Of a DNA stretch of 64,000 nucleotides, positions 36,181 to 47,742 are shown piece by piece. The stretch's first letter is position 1; the number at the start of each line of letters is the position of its first letter. The position numbers were made by a program, and so were the translations under genes. Origin of the DNA: Mobula hypostoma (Eukaryota); the NCBI RefSeq assembly GCF_963921235.1, contig NC_086108.1:16926001-16990000 (forward strand), read 5' to 3'. The notes under the pieces are model-generated. The model was not told the DNA's origin. It worked only from the letters and a program-made list of their open reading frames with translations, and ran no database searches.

Positions 36181-37344
36181 AAGGTACTCCAGGTAGTGAC
36201 CAAACTTTACAGTACATAACTGGTCTCATTCAAATCAATGCTATGTTCATGCTATTGTGTATTCTAATATCACTTTAATTCTCTGCTGTACTCAAAACTC
36301 TGTTATACAGTATTCAGCACCTAATTTCATACTGAATAAACTGTTTGTAGCCTCTCCCGCTAAGTAGCATTCTGCCAAGATCATAAATAGAATGCTCCAC
36401 TATGGGCCTCGATCACTATCTGCCTCATTCAAATATTTCAATTGACAATGGAAAATAGTAGACATGAAGCAATTTGCCACAGAACTCAAATTACTGAACA
36501 GTTGAACCTGAATTGAAATTAATGTTACTGTTAAAGTATCATCCTGCAGTGATTTCTGGTTAAATTATTCAGGCCAATGTTATAAGTTATTTGGGGCCAA
36601 CTGAAATAACAGACGATATGGTTTTGCTACTCTATTATCGACTGTTCAATTTCTGCAACTTCGTTATGCTCCAAGTTGCACTTCATGAGCAGAATATAGA
36701 CTTAAAAGCCAAACACTAAATAAGGAGCAATTCTAAGATACTGAGGGGAGTGAAGAGACTGACCTCAGCCTTTGGAAAATGAGATGCCAATAAAGGACCA
36801 GTACTCAATGGAAAGGCACTTTTATGGTGCCATTTTAACTATAATTTAAATACACTTACAATGCCTGGTAAATAGGTAATGCAAACACTTCTTTGAAATC
36901 CCATACTTCCCATCTCACACAAATCACTACGAATTAAAATTTCATATTCCAGAAAGAAAGAATCCAAAAGACTACTTATTCAACAGCAGAGACACCCAAC
37001 ATATCTGATATCTTCATTAAATTATTTAATATGGTACTGGCTCAATTTTTTTCGAATGGCTGTGACTAAACCATAGAATCCCATCATCATCTGCAAGAGT
37101 GTCAAAACAGTGCTATTGAAAATTTGTCATTGTGGAGCTCAGTTTGTTCAAACATGTATAAATAAGGCACTTGGAAAATTCATCTCGTCACTTGAGACTT
37201 GAGAGCTGAGGTGCCAGTTGGTAAAAGTGTGTACACAGCTGCCGAACTTTCACCAGGTAAAAGAAAGAAAGGATAATTATAGGGCAAGGATCTTTATTGC
37301 TTATGGAAGCACAATTACCATCTCTGCCAGGGTACAGCATTTAA

Positions 37345-38585
37345 TTATTTAGCTATATAGCTATAGTAGACCCTTTCGGTCCTTGATGCCATGCCGCCCC
37401 AGCAACTCCCAACAAATCTGATTAACCCAATCACAAGACAATATACATTGACCAATTAATGTACCTGGTACACTTTTGGACTGTGGGAAACTGGAGGACC
37501 CAGAGAAAATTCACCCATTCCACAGGGAGGATGTACAGAGACTCCTTACAGCAGGGGTCCCCAATCTTTTTTGCACCGCGGACTGGTTTATTATTGACAA
37601 TATTCTTGTGGACTGGCCAACCAGGGTGGGGGGGGGGGCTGCCAACGGACAAGAGTAGCAGTCAAATAAGTTGTGTTTACCCCAATAAAGACGACCATGA
37701 CCATGAAGCCTTGCGTAGGCACCTGTGTGCGCATGCGTGTACGTGCCGATTTTTTTCTACAAATCGTTTTTGGCAATTCTGTTCAGTGAAACTACACTAT
37801 ACATACATTATTTCTACTTTATATAGGCTGTATATTTATCGTATCATTCCTGCTTTTACTATATGTCAGTGTTATTTTAGTTTTTATGTAACACAGTGCA
37901 TAAATATAGTGCTAAGTCAATTATAAGTCACTTATAAGCCAATAGCATCATAACATTAAACACACAGTGCATATCTTCCCCGTATGAACATACAAAATCA
38001 TTGCAACACACCAATATCGCTGAATCAGTGGGAGCCCTGGGCTTGTTTCCCTGCAACATCGAGGGGAGATGGGAGACAGCGATACTTGAATGGGAGTTCC
38101 TTATGTCCAGTCTATTCTGCAATTTAGTCTTCGTTGCATTCATTGCAGAAAAGCCCGCCTTGCAGAGATATGTTGGAGGAAATGAAAGCAACGTTTTCAG
38201 TGCTTTCGTGGCTATCTCAGGATATTTAGCCTTGACTTTGATCCGGAATGCCGGCAGAGATGTTATGTCAAACGTACTTTTCAGTCCGCCGTCATCTGCA
38301 AGCTCGAGGAGTTGATCTTCTTCTCGCGCTGACATGGATGACGTGTGGGTAATGACCTCACATGCGTAATGACCTCGCATGCGTTCAAGTTCAACAGTGC
38401 GTGACAGGGAATGAGGAAAGGTGCAGCTGACTCATATTGCCATATCATATCGTTTCCTCGCAGCCCGGTAGCACATGCTTTGCGGCCCGGTGGTTGGGGA
38501 CCGCTGCCTTACAGAACAGTGCCAGAAACGAACTCCGAACTCTGGAACACCCCTAAATGTGATAGTGTTGCACTAACTGTTATAA
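37345..38585 (-). repeat. V-SINE/HE1-like SINE split by the hAT insertion
   Basis: TTTGGACTGTGGGAAACTGGAGGACCCAGAGAAAA..ACTCCTTACAG continues after the TSD. Confidence 0.7.
37552..38506 (-). mobile_element. Non-autonomous hAT (Charlie/Buster-like) element
   Basis: TIRs CAGGGGTCCCCAA / TTGGGGACCGCTG; 8-bp TSD CCTTACAG (37544-37551 / 38507-38514); hATC dimerisation remnant YPEIATKALKTLLSFPPTYLCKAGFS..KTKLQNRLDI. Confidence 0.93.
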
Positions 38586-38659
38586 GTATTCTGAAAGTCA
38601 TTACCAAAAAAAACTGTCCCAAAATCTTCCAGCATCCCATATTACACTGCAAAAATATA

Positions 38660-40263
38660 CAAAACCCATTTACAGAAAAGTTGGGATATTTTCCAAAATG
38701 CAATAAAAACAAAAATCAGTGATATGTTAATTCACGTGAACCTTTATTTAACTGACATAAGTACAAAGAAAAGATTTTCAATAGTTTTACTGACCAACTT
38801 AATTGTATTTTGTAAATATACACAAATTTAGAACTTGATAGCTGCGACACACTCAACAAAAGTTGGGACAGAGTTAAAATAAGATTGAAAAGTGCACAGA
38901 ATATTCAAGTAACACCGGTTTGGAAGACTCCACATTAAGCAGGCTAATTGATAGCAGGTGAGGTATCATGACTGGGTATAAAAGTAGCGTCCATCAAAGG
39001 CTCAGTCTTTGCAAGCAAGGATGGGTCGTGGCTCACCGCTTTGTGCCAAAATTCGTGAGAGAATTGTTAGTCAGTTCAAAAGGAACATTTCTCAACGCAA
39101 GATTGCAGAGAATTTATGTCTTTCAACATCTATAGCACATAGTATTGTGTAAAGATTCAGAGAATTCAGAGACATCTCAGTGCGTAAAGGGCAAGGTTGG
39201 AAACCACTGTTGAATGCACGTGATCTTCGAGCCCTCAGGCGGCACTGCCTAAGAAACCGTCATGCTACTGTGACAATTATAGCCACCTGGGCTCGGGAGT
39301 ACTTTGGAAAACCATTGTCACTCAACACAGTCCGTGACTGCATCCAGAAATGCAACTTGAAACTGTATTACGCAAGGAGAAAGCCATACATCAACTCTAT
39401 ACAGAAACGCCGGCGAGTTCTCTGGGCCCTGAGCTCATCTCAGATGGACCAAGAGACCGTGGAACCGTGTGCTGTGGTCAGATGAGTCCACATTTCAGCT
39501 AGTTTTCGGAAAAAACGGGCGTCGAGTTCTCTCTGCCAAAGATAAAAATGACCATCCAGATTGGTATCAGCGAAAGGTGCAAAAGCCAGCATCTGTGATG
39601 GTATGGGGTGCATCAGCGCCCACGGCATGGGTGAGTTGCATGAATGTAAAGGTACCATTGACTATGAGGCCTATATTAGGATTTTAGAGAGACATATGTT
39701 GCCATCAAGGCGATGTCTCTTCCCGGGACGTCCACGCTTATTTCAGCAGGACAATGTCAGACCACATTCTGCAGGGCTACAACAGCATGGCTTTGTAGAC
39801 ACAGAATGCACGTGCTTGACTGGCCTGCTGCCAGTCCAGATCTATCTCCTATTGAAAATGTATGGCGCATCATGAAGAGCAGAATCAGACAACGGAGACC
39901 ACGGACTGTTGAGCAGCTGAAGTCTTATATCAAGCAAGAATGGACAAAATTTCCAATTGCAAATCTACTACACTTATTATCCTCAGTTCCAAAATGATTA
40001 AAAAGTGTTATTGAAAGGAAAGGTGACGTAACACAATGGGTAAACATGCCTCTGTCCCAACTTTTGTTGAGTGTGTTGCAGCCATCAAATTCTAAATTTG
40101 TGTATGTTTACAAAATACAATTAAGTTGGTCAGTAAAACTATTGAAAATCTTTTCTTTGTACTTTTGTCAGTTAAATAAAGTTTCATGTGAATTAACATA
40201 TCACAGATTTTTGTTTTTATTGCATTTTGGAAAATATCCCAACTTTTCTGGAAATGGGGTTTG
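38660..40263 (+). mobile_element. Tc1-like DNA transposon, frameshifted transposase
   Basis: ~210-bp TIRs CAAAACCCATTTACAGAAAAGTTGGGA, TA flanks; WSDES, FQQDN, WPAASPDLSPIENVW. Confidence 0.95.
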
Positions 40264-40699
40264 TAGTAAAACTTCTGTTTTTATTTTTAACATTGACCAA
40301 CATTCTTTGCTGCTGCAAAACAACAAAGTTCATAATATATGTCAATGATAATAAGTCCAAGCCTGATGAGTCGAGGCAACAATCCAATTTCAGGTTTCAG
40401 CCAAATAAACCACAAGCTCAAAGAATTGCTAACATCAACCGAACTCTCCATGTAATTCGTAAGCAGTGATAATAGCATCCCTAAACATTCATTTCCCAGC
40501 TCCTGGTGAATTATGAAGGAATCTTTCTCTCTATAATTATCTTTTATATAAACTACTACTGTCTGTAATTCTGTTCCTCAAGTTGAATGATCCTTCATCC
40601 CAAATAAGACCTGGAACTTACTCAGATATTTGGAAAAGCAGATTACCATATCATACAATCCAACAACTGTGGTTATATAGCATTTCCAATGTTAACATG

Positions 40700-41788
40700 T
40701 CCACACTGTCCTTACACATCTGGAGAAGAAGGATGCGTATGTGAGAATGCTGTTCTTGGACAACAGTTCAGCATTCAACACCATAAATCCTTCCAGGCAT
40801 GACAAGAAACTCAGAGACCTTGGCCTTTACCCCGCCTTGTGCATCTGGATCCTGGACTTTCTGTCAGATCGCTGGCAAGTGGTAAGAGTGGGCTCCCTTA
40901 CCTCTACCCCTCTGACCCTCAACACAGGTGCCCCTTAGACTGTGTCCTAAGCCCCCTCCTTTACTCTCTGTATACCCATGACTGTGTTGCCATCCACAGC
41001 TCCAATCTGTAAATTAAATTTTCTGACAATACTATACTGATTGGCCTAATCTCAAATAAAAATAAGGCACTCGACAGAGAAGAAGTCATCACCCTGACAC
41101 GGTGGTATCAAGAAAACAACCTCTCCCTCAATGTCACAAAAACGAAAGAGCTGGTTGTGGACTACAGGAGGAATAGAGACAGGCTAACCCCTACCGACAA
41201 CAATGGATCTGGGGTTGAGAGGGTGAACAGCTTTAAGTTCCTTGGCATAAACATCACCAAGGATCTCATGTGGTCTGTACATTACGGCTGTGTGGTGAAA
41301 AAGGCACAAAAGCCCCCAAATCCTTAGAACTTTCTACAGGGGCACAATTGAGAGCATCCTGACTGACTGCATCAAGGCCTGGTATGGGAACTGTACTTCT
41401 GTCAACCGCAGAACCCTGCGGACAGCCCAGCGCACCTGTAGTTTTGAACTTCCCATGATTCAGGACATTTACAAAGTCAGGTGTGTAATAAAGGCCCGAA
41501 GGATCATTGGGGGACCCACATCACCCCAACCACAAACTGTTCTAGCTGCCACCATCCAGGAAGCAGTACCACAGCATAAAAGCCAAGACCAACAAGCTCC
41601 TGGACAGCTTCTTCCACCAGGCCATCAGACTGATTAATTCATGCTGACACAACTATATTTCTATGTTATACTGTTGTACATACTATTATAAATTGCTATA
41701 AATTGCACATTTAAATGGAGAAGTAATGTAAATATTTTACTCCTCTTGCATATGAAGGATGTAAGCAATAAAATCAATTCAATTCAAA
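40700..41788 (+). mobile_element. 5'-truncated Rex1/Babar LINE
   Basis: RMLFLDNSSAFNTI, LNTGAP; (CAATT)n tail. Confidence 0.88.
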
Positions 41789-41879
41789 AGATCCTGATGT
41801 TCTGTTTGACAGTTCAGAAAACATGACTTCTCTAGAAATTGAATACTATAATGGATTTTGAGCTTTTGAAAGTGGAATA

Positions 41880-42290
41880 GAGTGAAGGGTGTGATTGCAC
41901 TGGAGAGTGCAGAGGAGATTCACTTAGATGATACATGGTTTGGAGACCTTTAGTTGCAAAGAGATTGGAATAGACTGGGTTTGTTTTCCCTGGACACTGG
42001 AGGTTAAGGGCTAACCTGATAAAAGTTTACAAGATTATGGGAGGCATAGACAGTCAAAACCTTTTATCCATGATAAATGCAGGGCAGCACAGTTGTACTG
42101 TTAGTGTAACACTATTACAGCACCAGTGACCCGGGTTCAGTTTCAGTAAGGAGTTTGTACATTTGCTCTGTGACCATGTGGGTTTCCTCCAGGTGTTCTC
42201 ACATTCCAAAGGGTTAGTAGAAACACTAGAGATCAAATGACTAAAAAGGTAGCCATTACAAGATGAAAGAGGCACAAAAGGCAATCTAGA
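41880..42290 (+). repeat. Decayed CR1 fragment with nested SINE (~42080-42215)
   Basis: TGGAGAGTGCAGAGGAGATTCAC.. CR1 motif; SINE core GAGTTTGTACATT..GTGGGTTTCCTCCAGGTG. Confidence 0.6.
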
Positions 42291-44339
42291 TGTCGTTTCC
42301 CCTATTCTTTTTAATGATCAATATTTGTTCTAATTTATTTCCATAAAGAACAGTTTTCCAACACTCTGCACACTCTCATAGAATGACAACTACTATTGCT
42401 GCCAATGCAGAATTTTGGTTATCCTACAATGGATGGAAACAAGAGAAAACTCGAAGTTATGTCAAGTGTTAAAAATCTTTAAAGTTTTTAAAAAGTAAAG
42501 GCAATGGTAACAGATCACAAACTGGATTCATGTGCCTCAGGCACTCTCTACTGGTTGTGTTTAACTGTGATAAAGAAACTAAATGAATCTACTCAGGTTC
42601 TAATTCTCTTATTTTGAACTATTTTGTGTGGAAATACAAGCTGTCCATCTGCCTCATACAACCCACTTTGTAACACTGTTACTTGTTGGTTTTTTTTCTT
42701 AAATGTTATGCTCTGTACTCTGTACTTAGTGCAATTGGTTGCAGAACAATTTCACATTATTTTGGAAGGTATGGTGAAATTATGAACGATGACAGAATGA
42801 TAAAATGAACCTGGCATTAGAACAATCATAGCTTTATAAATTGCTGAATTATAAGTAACTGCATAGTCAAGTCTGGCATACCTAATTAACACATACTTGT
42901 GCATTAGTGATCAAGTCAAATGCACTTACAAATGCTGTTCTGGTGAAATTTAATCATATCCCGTAGAGTGATTTGCATGTTGCCTCAACATATTTTTATA
43001 AAAATACTTGCAAATTTCATCCCTTTCAATCATTTTGTATTCCAATCCCAACTCACACTGCCTCAACAGGTTGTAAAATACATAGTCATCAACAACAGTT
43101 TCAACATTCTATTTCTTTTGCTCACAGACAGAGAGTCTGAAACTAAAACAGACCTTCAACCCATCAAGTCAGACCCATCATTAGATATGCATTTTAGCCC
43201 TACCCCTGTTACTCTCCTTACATTCCCATCAATTTACCCCTATATTTGACTACTCATCTGCACAATAGGAATAACTTATGGTCTGCAGTTAACCTGCACA
43301 TTTTGGGAATGTACCAGGAACAGGGAATTGGCACCATTTTACTGACTGCATTGTAGGAGGTCAGGAGTGAACCTGGGTCACTTGAGCCAATAGGCCACAG
43401 TTCTACTAGCTTCGTCACTCTACCTCACAACAAATGTACTACCCAAAAGGGTGTTGAAAACAGATTCAATGGCTTTAAATAGGAATCAGATTTGCAAGGA
43501 AAAAATCAAGAAAACAGAATTAAAGGACATCTACTTAAAAATGCCAGTGCAAGCTTAATGGACCATCTAATTCTATCTAATTCTATTATACTGTCCAACT
43601 ATTGAACATAATTTTGTTTTCACGTTAACAGAAGTAGGACTGTGGCTGAATAACCCCAACTAGGGTCAGGAAAAATCAACCACAGGATCTCTGCTTCACT
43701 ACATTCAATATAACTGTAGATCAAAACAATTTTCCTTTTTTCTCTTATCGTTAGAGACTTTGTCAGTTTTCATACTATTGAAGTGACCGCATTTCAAATA
43801 TCTAATTAATTGTAAAATATCCTGGGTGTACTGAAGGGGGCATGAAAACATCACATAAATGCAAAAATCATTAATTTCTTCATTTTTCTTCAAATTTCAA
43901 CAAAACATCAGAAATCTCAAATGCACAACACAACTGATATTTGAATATAACCATAATATAATATCTGCAATACTGAGAAATTCAACTTCATGTTTTCAAC
44001 TTGTATCAAAACTACAAAATACTCATCAATAGCACATTATTGCAATTACAAAAGATATTGATGTTCTTTTCACCACTCTTGCACCTTTTAGCATTACCTG
44101 TAATCCTCATACAATGACACATTACCCTTATACCCCCACCTATCATTCTCCTATTGCCCTCAGTTTGCAAATCAGCCCTCACTACCTCTGCATGCTTACC
44201 TATTGTACTTACAATAACCCCCATTAAGTATTCTTGTCAGTTTTGCATCTCACTTAATACTCCTGTCACTTTTAACATAGAAAGTATAAATGGAGTGTTG
44301 ATAGTTGGCATAGACTCAGCAGGCTAAAGGAACTACTTC

Positions 44340-45340
44340 TCTGTCTTTGTCCCTAACCTTCAAGACCTTAATGTTGCCTCTTCATCCATTCGTTCCTCTA
44401 TCACTTTCACCCATAACCCACCAGTCTCCTGTCATTTATGCTTCCTCTACACAGTCCATCACTCATGTTGGTAGTCATCATATGCCACCCTTAACCCCTA
44501 TACATTATCCCACCATCAACATTTCACCACTAACATCCTTGCTCCTTATCCTTCACCCCCATCACTTTTGCCCCTCACCCGTCATCCCATCGCCCTTGCC
44601 ACCACTTATCACCGTTGCTCCTATGTGTCACCTTTACCCATCATCCCAACACTCTTATTCCTTAACCTTCATTCCGTTACATGGACCCCTACCTGACAGG
44701 CCCATCAGAACTGCTCACTCATCTGCCTGGCATCTTGGCATCTTCACCCTTACCCAGTCAACTACACCCTCACCCAATTGTTACCCATAACCCCAGGGAC
44801 CTTTACTTCACTTTTACCTCAACTTGCCACCCCAGCATTTCTACAACCCTTACTCCCTCCTTCACATCACTCCTACCTGCCCCTGCATCCATCCATCTGT
44901 CACCCTGTCACTTTTGCCCATTACTACTTGCACCATTACTTATTACCTAATCCATTCTTCCCCTCTACCCATTCTACCACCACACCCATACTTGCCAGTC
45001 ACCCTGACCCCTACCCGTTTACACTTGCCCACCAGCTACACCTGTGCCTCAACCCGTCACACATTCCAGTTCATTGGGGCCCTGGCTATCACTTTTCCTG
45101 GTTCACCCACTCTCTTCCTTACCCGACTTTTTAACCCATTGCTCTTCTCACCTCCTTCCTCCCGTCGCTGTTACCCTCATAGCGTTCGTCAGTGCCCACT
45201 GTTTTTCAACGTCCCCCTGCTCTCTTCTTGCCTGCCTTACACCTTCTCTTCATCGCCTTCAGTTTCTCGCTTGCCTCCTTCTCCCTTTCCCCGGATACGA
45301 GTTGTCCCCAGTGTTATTAACCCATCCACCCCTACCCATC
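44340..45340. repeat. C/T-rich low-complexity tract at the 5' end of XPR1 intron 1
   Basis: Strong G depletion on the + strand; ACCCC/CACC reiterations. Confidence 0.8.
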
Positions 45341-45355
45341 CGGCTCAATGCTCAC

Positions 45356-45424
45356 CTCATACTGGATGTACTGTTTGCGCCATTCCGGCGTGATGTGCGC
45401 TGATAAATGTTCGGCAAATTTCAT
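45356..45424 (-). CDS. XPR1: XPR1 first coding exon (69 bp; N-terminus of the SPX domain)
   Basis: Reverse complement reads ATGAAATTTGCCGAACAT...CAGTATGAG|GTGAG = [23 protein letters not shown], matching the vertebrate XPR1 N-terminus as I know it. It is followed by a canonical GT donor (GTGAG, phase 0) and lies next to a CpG island. Confidence 0.96.
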
Positions 45425-45499
45425 GACTGGTGGAAGATTGTTCTTTTTAAATTTGAAAAATCCCAACAGTGACTTTGGGACATCTGCTAACTAAACAGC

Positions 45500-45890
45500 A
45501 TTACCGAGCGAGAGATAACAGTTCGCTCCGCGTGTTGTCGTTGATAGTGCTGCTCCCTCCCTCACACGGACACAGACAGCGACTGTCTACCAATGATCCG
45601 CCATCTTACTGACAATACACTCATCAGTGACCGCGCACGGTCTCGCCGGGCGGATGAGGGCGCGCGCGCGCGCACACCGCCGCCCCCTGCTGGTCGCTGT
45701 AAAGCGTCGGTGCGTCACCGCCTGCGGCCAGGGAGAGAGTCACGCTGCAGCGGCGGGCGGTGCATAGCACCTGTTCTGGTTTAGCGCCGCACCGCCTCGC
45801 TCCTTCTCATTCCGGCCTGGGTCTCCGAGCTGCTGCTGGGAAGCCGCCGGCAGCTTTGGGATGGGAGTGTCGGCCTCGGGCTGTCACTTT
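45500..45890 (-). promoter_or_regulatory. XPR1: CpG-island promoter / 5' leader of XPR1
   Basis: CpG-dense non-repeat stretch. YY1-type CCGCCATCTT at 45598-45607, (GC)n run at 45660-45673, CTCF-like CGCCCCCTGCTGG at 45681-45693, and GC boxes. The exact TSS cannot be determined. Confidence 0.85.
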
Positions 45891-47742
45891 TACTGTGTGT
45901 TCTTATCATTATATATACATATATAAATTGAATTGCTGATTCACACAGCAAATCTATAGGCAGCCTTAATTGAAGTCCCCCTGGGCACCATGCAGCAAAG
46001 TAAATGTATACATGATGGAAAAGTGAAGCAAAAGCTTACTTTTTAAAATGTTTCATTGGTAGGATAATTTCTAGCTAAAGCAGCCAGCAGGAAAGATACT
46101 AGATGTTTTTTTGTTACAGAGAATGAAGAAGCTGCATTCAGAGACGCGCCATCAACGTTGCAGAGCAAGGCAGCAGGTGCATTGGAGTACCCCCACCTAC
46201 ATGTTCCTTTCGCACCATCCTGACTTGGAAATATATCACCCATCCTTCTCCACTGGGCGTAAATACTGGAATTTCTTCCCTAGCAATACGATGGGAGCAC
46301 GTTCACCAAAAGGAAAGACTGAGATGTTAGCCTACCACCACCTTCCTCAAAGGTTAACATAGAAAAGAGAAGTCATGAATATGAGACATTCTGCAGATGC
46401 TGGAAATTCTTTCTACCTGTAACAATATGATGTGACAATAATATCCATTTATGAAAGCTTTAAAATCAAACAGCACTCTCAAAATATCCCAAAGGTGTCC
46501 TATTGGATAAGAAAGGAATTTGATTTGGCACATCTCCGATGTTAAAGGTAAGAAATGACTTGTTGTATTAGAACAGGTGTATTAAATAAAATATTTATCT
46601 GGTCATATCTTAAAAAATCTATTGCCCATGTCAACCGCATTGCAGAGTAAGTAGGAATAAGTAAACCTAAGTGAAGCTTGGTGAACCAGATGGGCTTTCA
46701 TGACAACTGGTTGTTTTATTGGGATGTGTTTAATTAACTAAATTTAAACTGAAATCATGTCTCTGCATCATTAACCCAGGTCAATAGAATACTAGTCTAG
46801 CAATTTAATCCGATGAAGGGTCTGGCCCAGAACATCAACTATTTACTCTTTTCCATGGGTGCTGCCTGGTCTGCTGAGTCCCTCCAGTGTTTTATGCATG
46901 TTGGTTTGGATTTCCAGCATCTGCAGATTTTCTCATGGTAGTCTAGTAATTAAACCACCTTGTTGTCCAGGCACAGATATGATTATGCAGAGGAGAAGTA
47001 ACAAAATAAAATGCTGGAAGTCTTTTGCGATGTTAAGATAATTATTTAGGATGAGGGTGAAGAAAGTGGAGACAAAGCTTATACATTCAGGAAGGCAGCA
47101 TGTGACTTCCCCATGTGGCTCTGTTACGGCATTCTCCAGAAGTTTTATTTATCTGAGTATCACCTTGTTAGGTTTTGTAACTTCAGAACATTAAACTAAA
47201 TGGAAAATGCATCTCAACTACATACACAATACTCGATAATACAACTACTATATACAGGCATTCAGGCCTAAATATTCAATCATTCTGGAGGAATTCTTAC
47301 TCTTGTGGGATTATGTCTTTCCTGGCAAGCGGTATCACTCCCCATGTGGCTGTGAAACAATTTTGGGTATGGGGCCTCCTCTTCTTCTTACCTAAATATA
47401 ACTGAAAAATTAAATACACAACACACCTAAAGGAATAAAATGTTAGTTTTCAAGTTTGCTGAAATCACTGAAGCAGCACAATAAACAATGCAAATGAAAA
47501 CAGAAAATTGAAAAGGGATATTGAAAGATTTTGTGAAAGGAAAAAAAAGAGTGAACATGAAGATGAAGTTATTCACTTTCAGTCTCAGAAAAAAAGAAAC
47601 AAAATGTCTGATGGGTTGTCCTTTATCCCTGACAGTGTAGGACCACCTCCACATAAATGTTGACATTGGGTTTTCTTATAAAAGGATTTAGGATGAGATA
47701 TGAACTCATGGCCTTTAAATTGAAAACTAAGTGTATTTGATA

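Larger units (their letters stand above)
1..45355 (-). other. XPR1: Probable intron 1 of XPR1 (>45 kb, TE-filled)
   Basis: Begins at the exon-1 donor. I found no exon-2-like sequence (AFKDMLYSAQDQAP...) by eye; a ~50-bp exon could have been missed. Confidence 0.65.

Noticed and set aside
44347..45403. Overlapping Pro/Thr/His/Leu-rich ORFs
   Set aside because: They are artefacts of low-complexity, stop-poor sequence antisense to the XPR1 intron.
30816..45424. Functional link between a tRNA-Pro-primed LTR and XPR1 being a gammaretrovirus receptor
   Set aside because: Nothing in the sequence supports more than coincidence.
46805..46935. Additional hammerhead copy
   Set aside because: The core is mutated (CCGATGA, AGAA); counted only as a decayed Penelope terminus.
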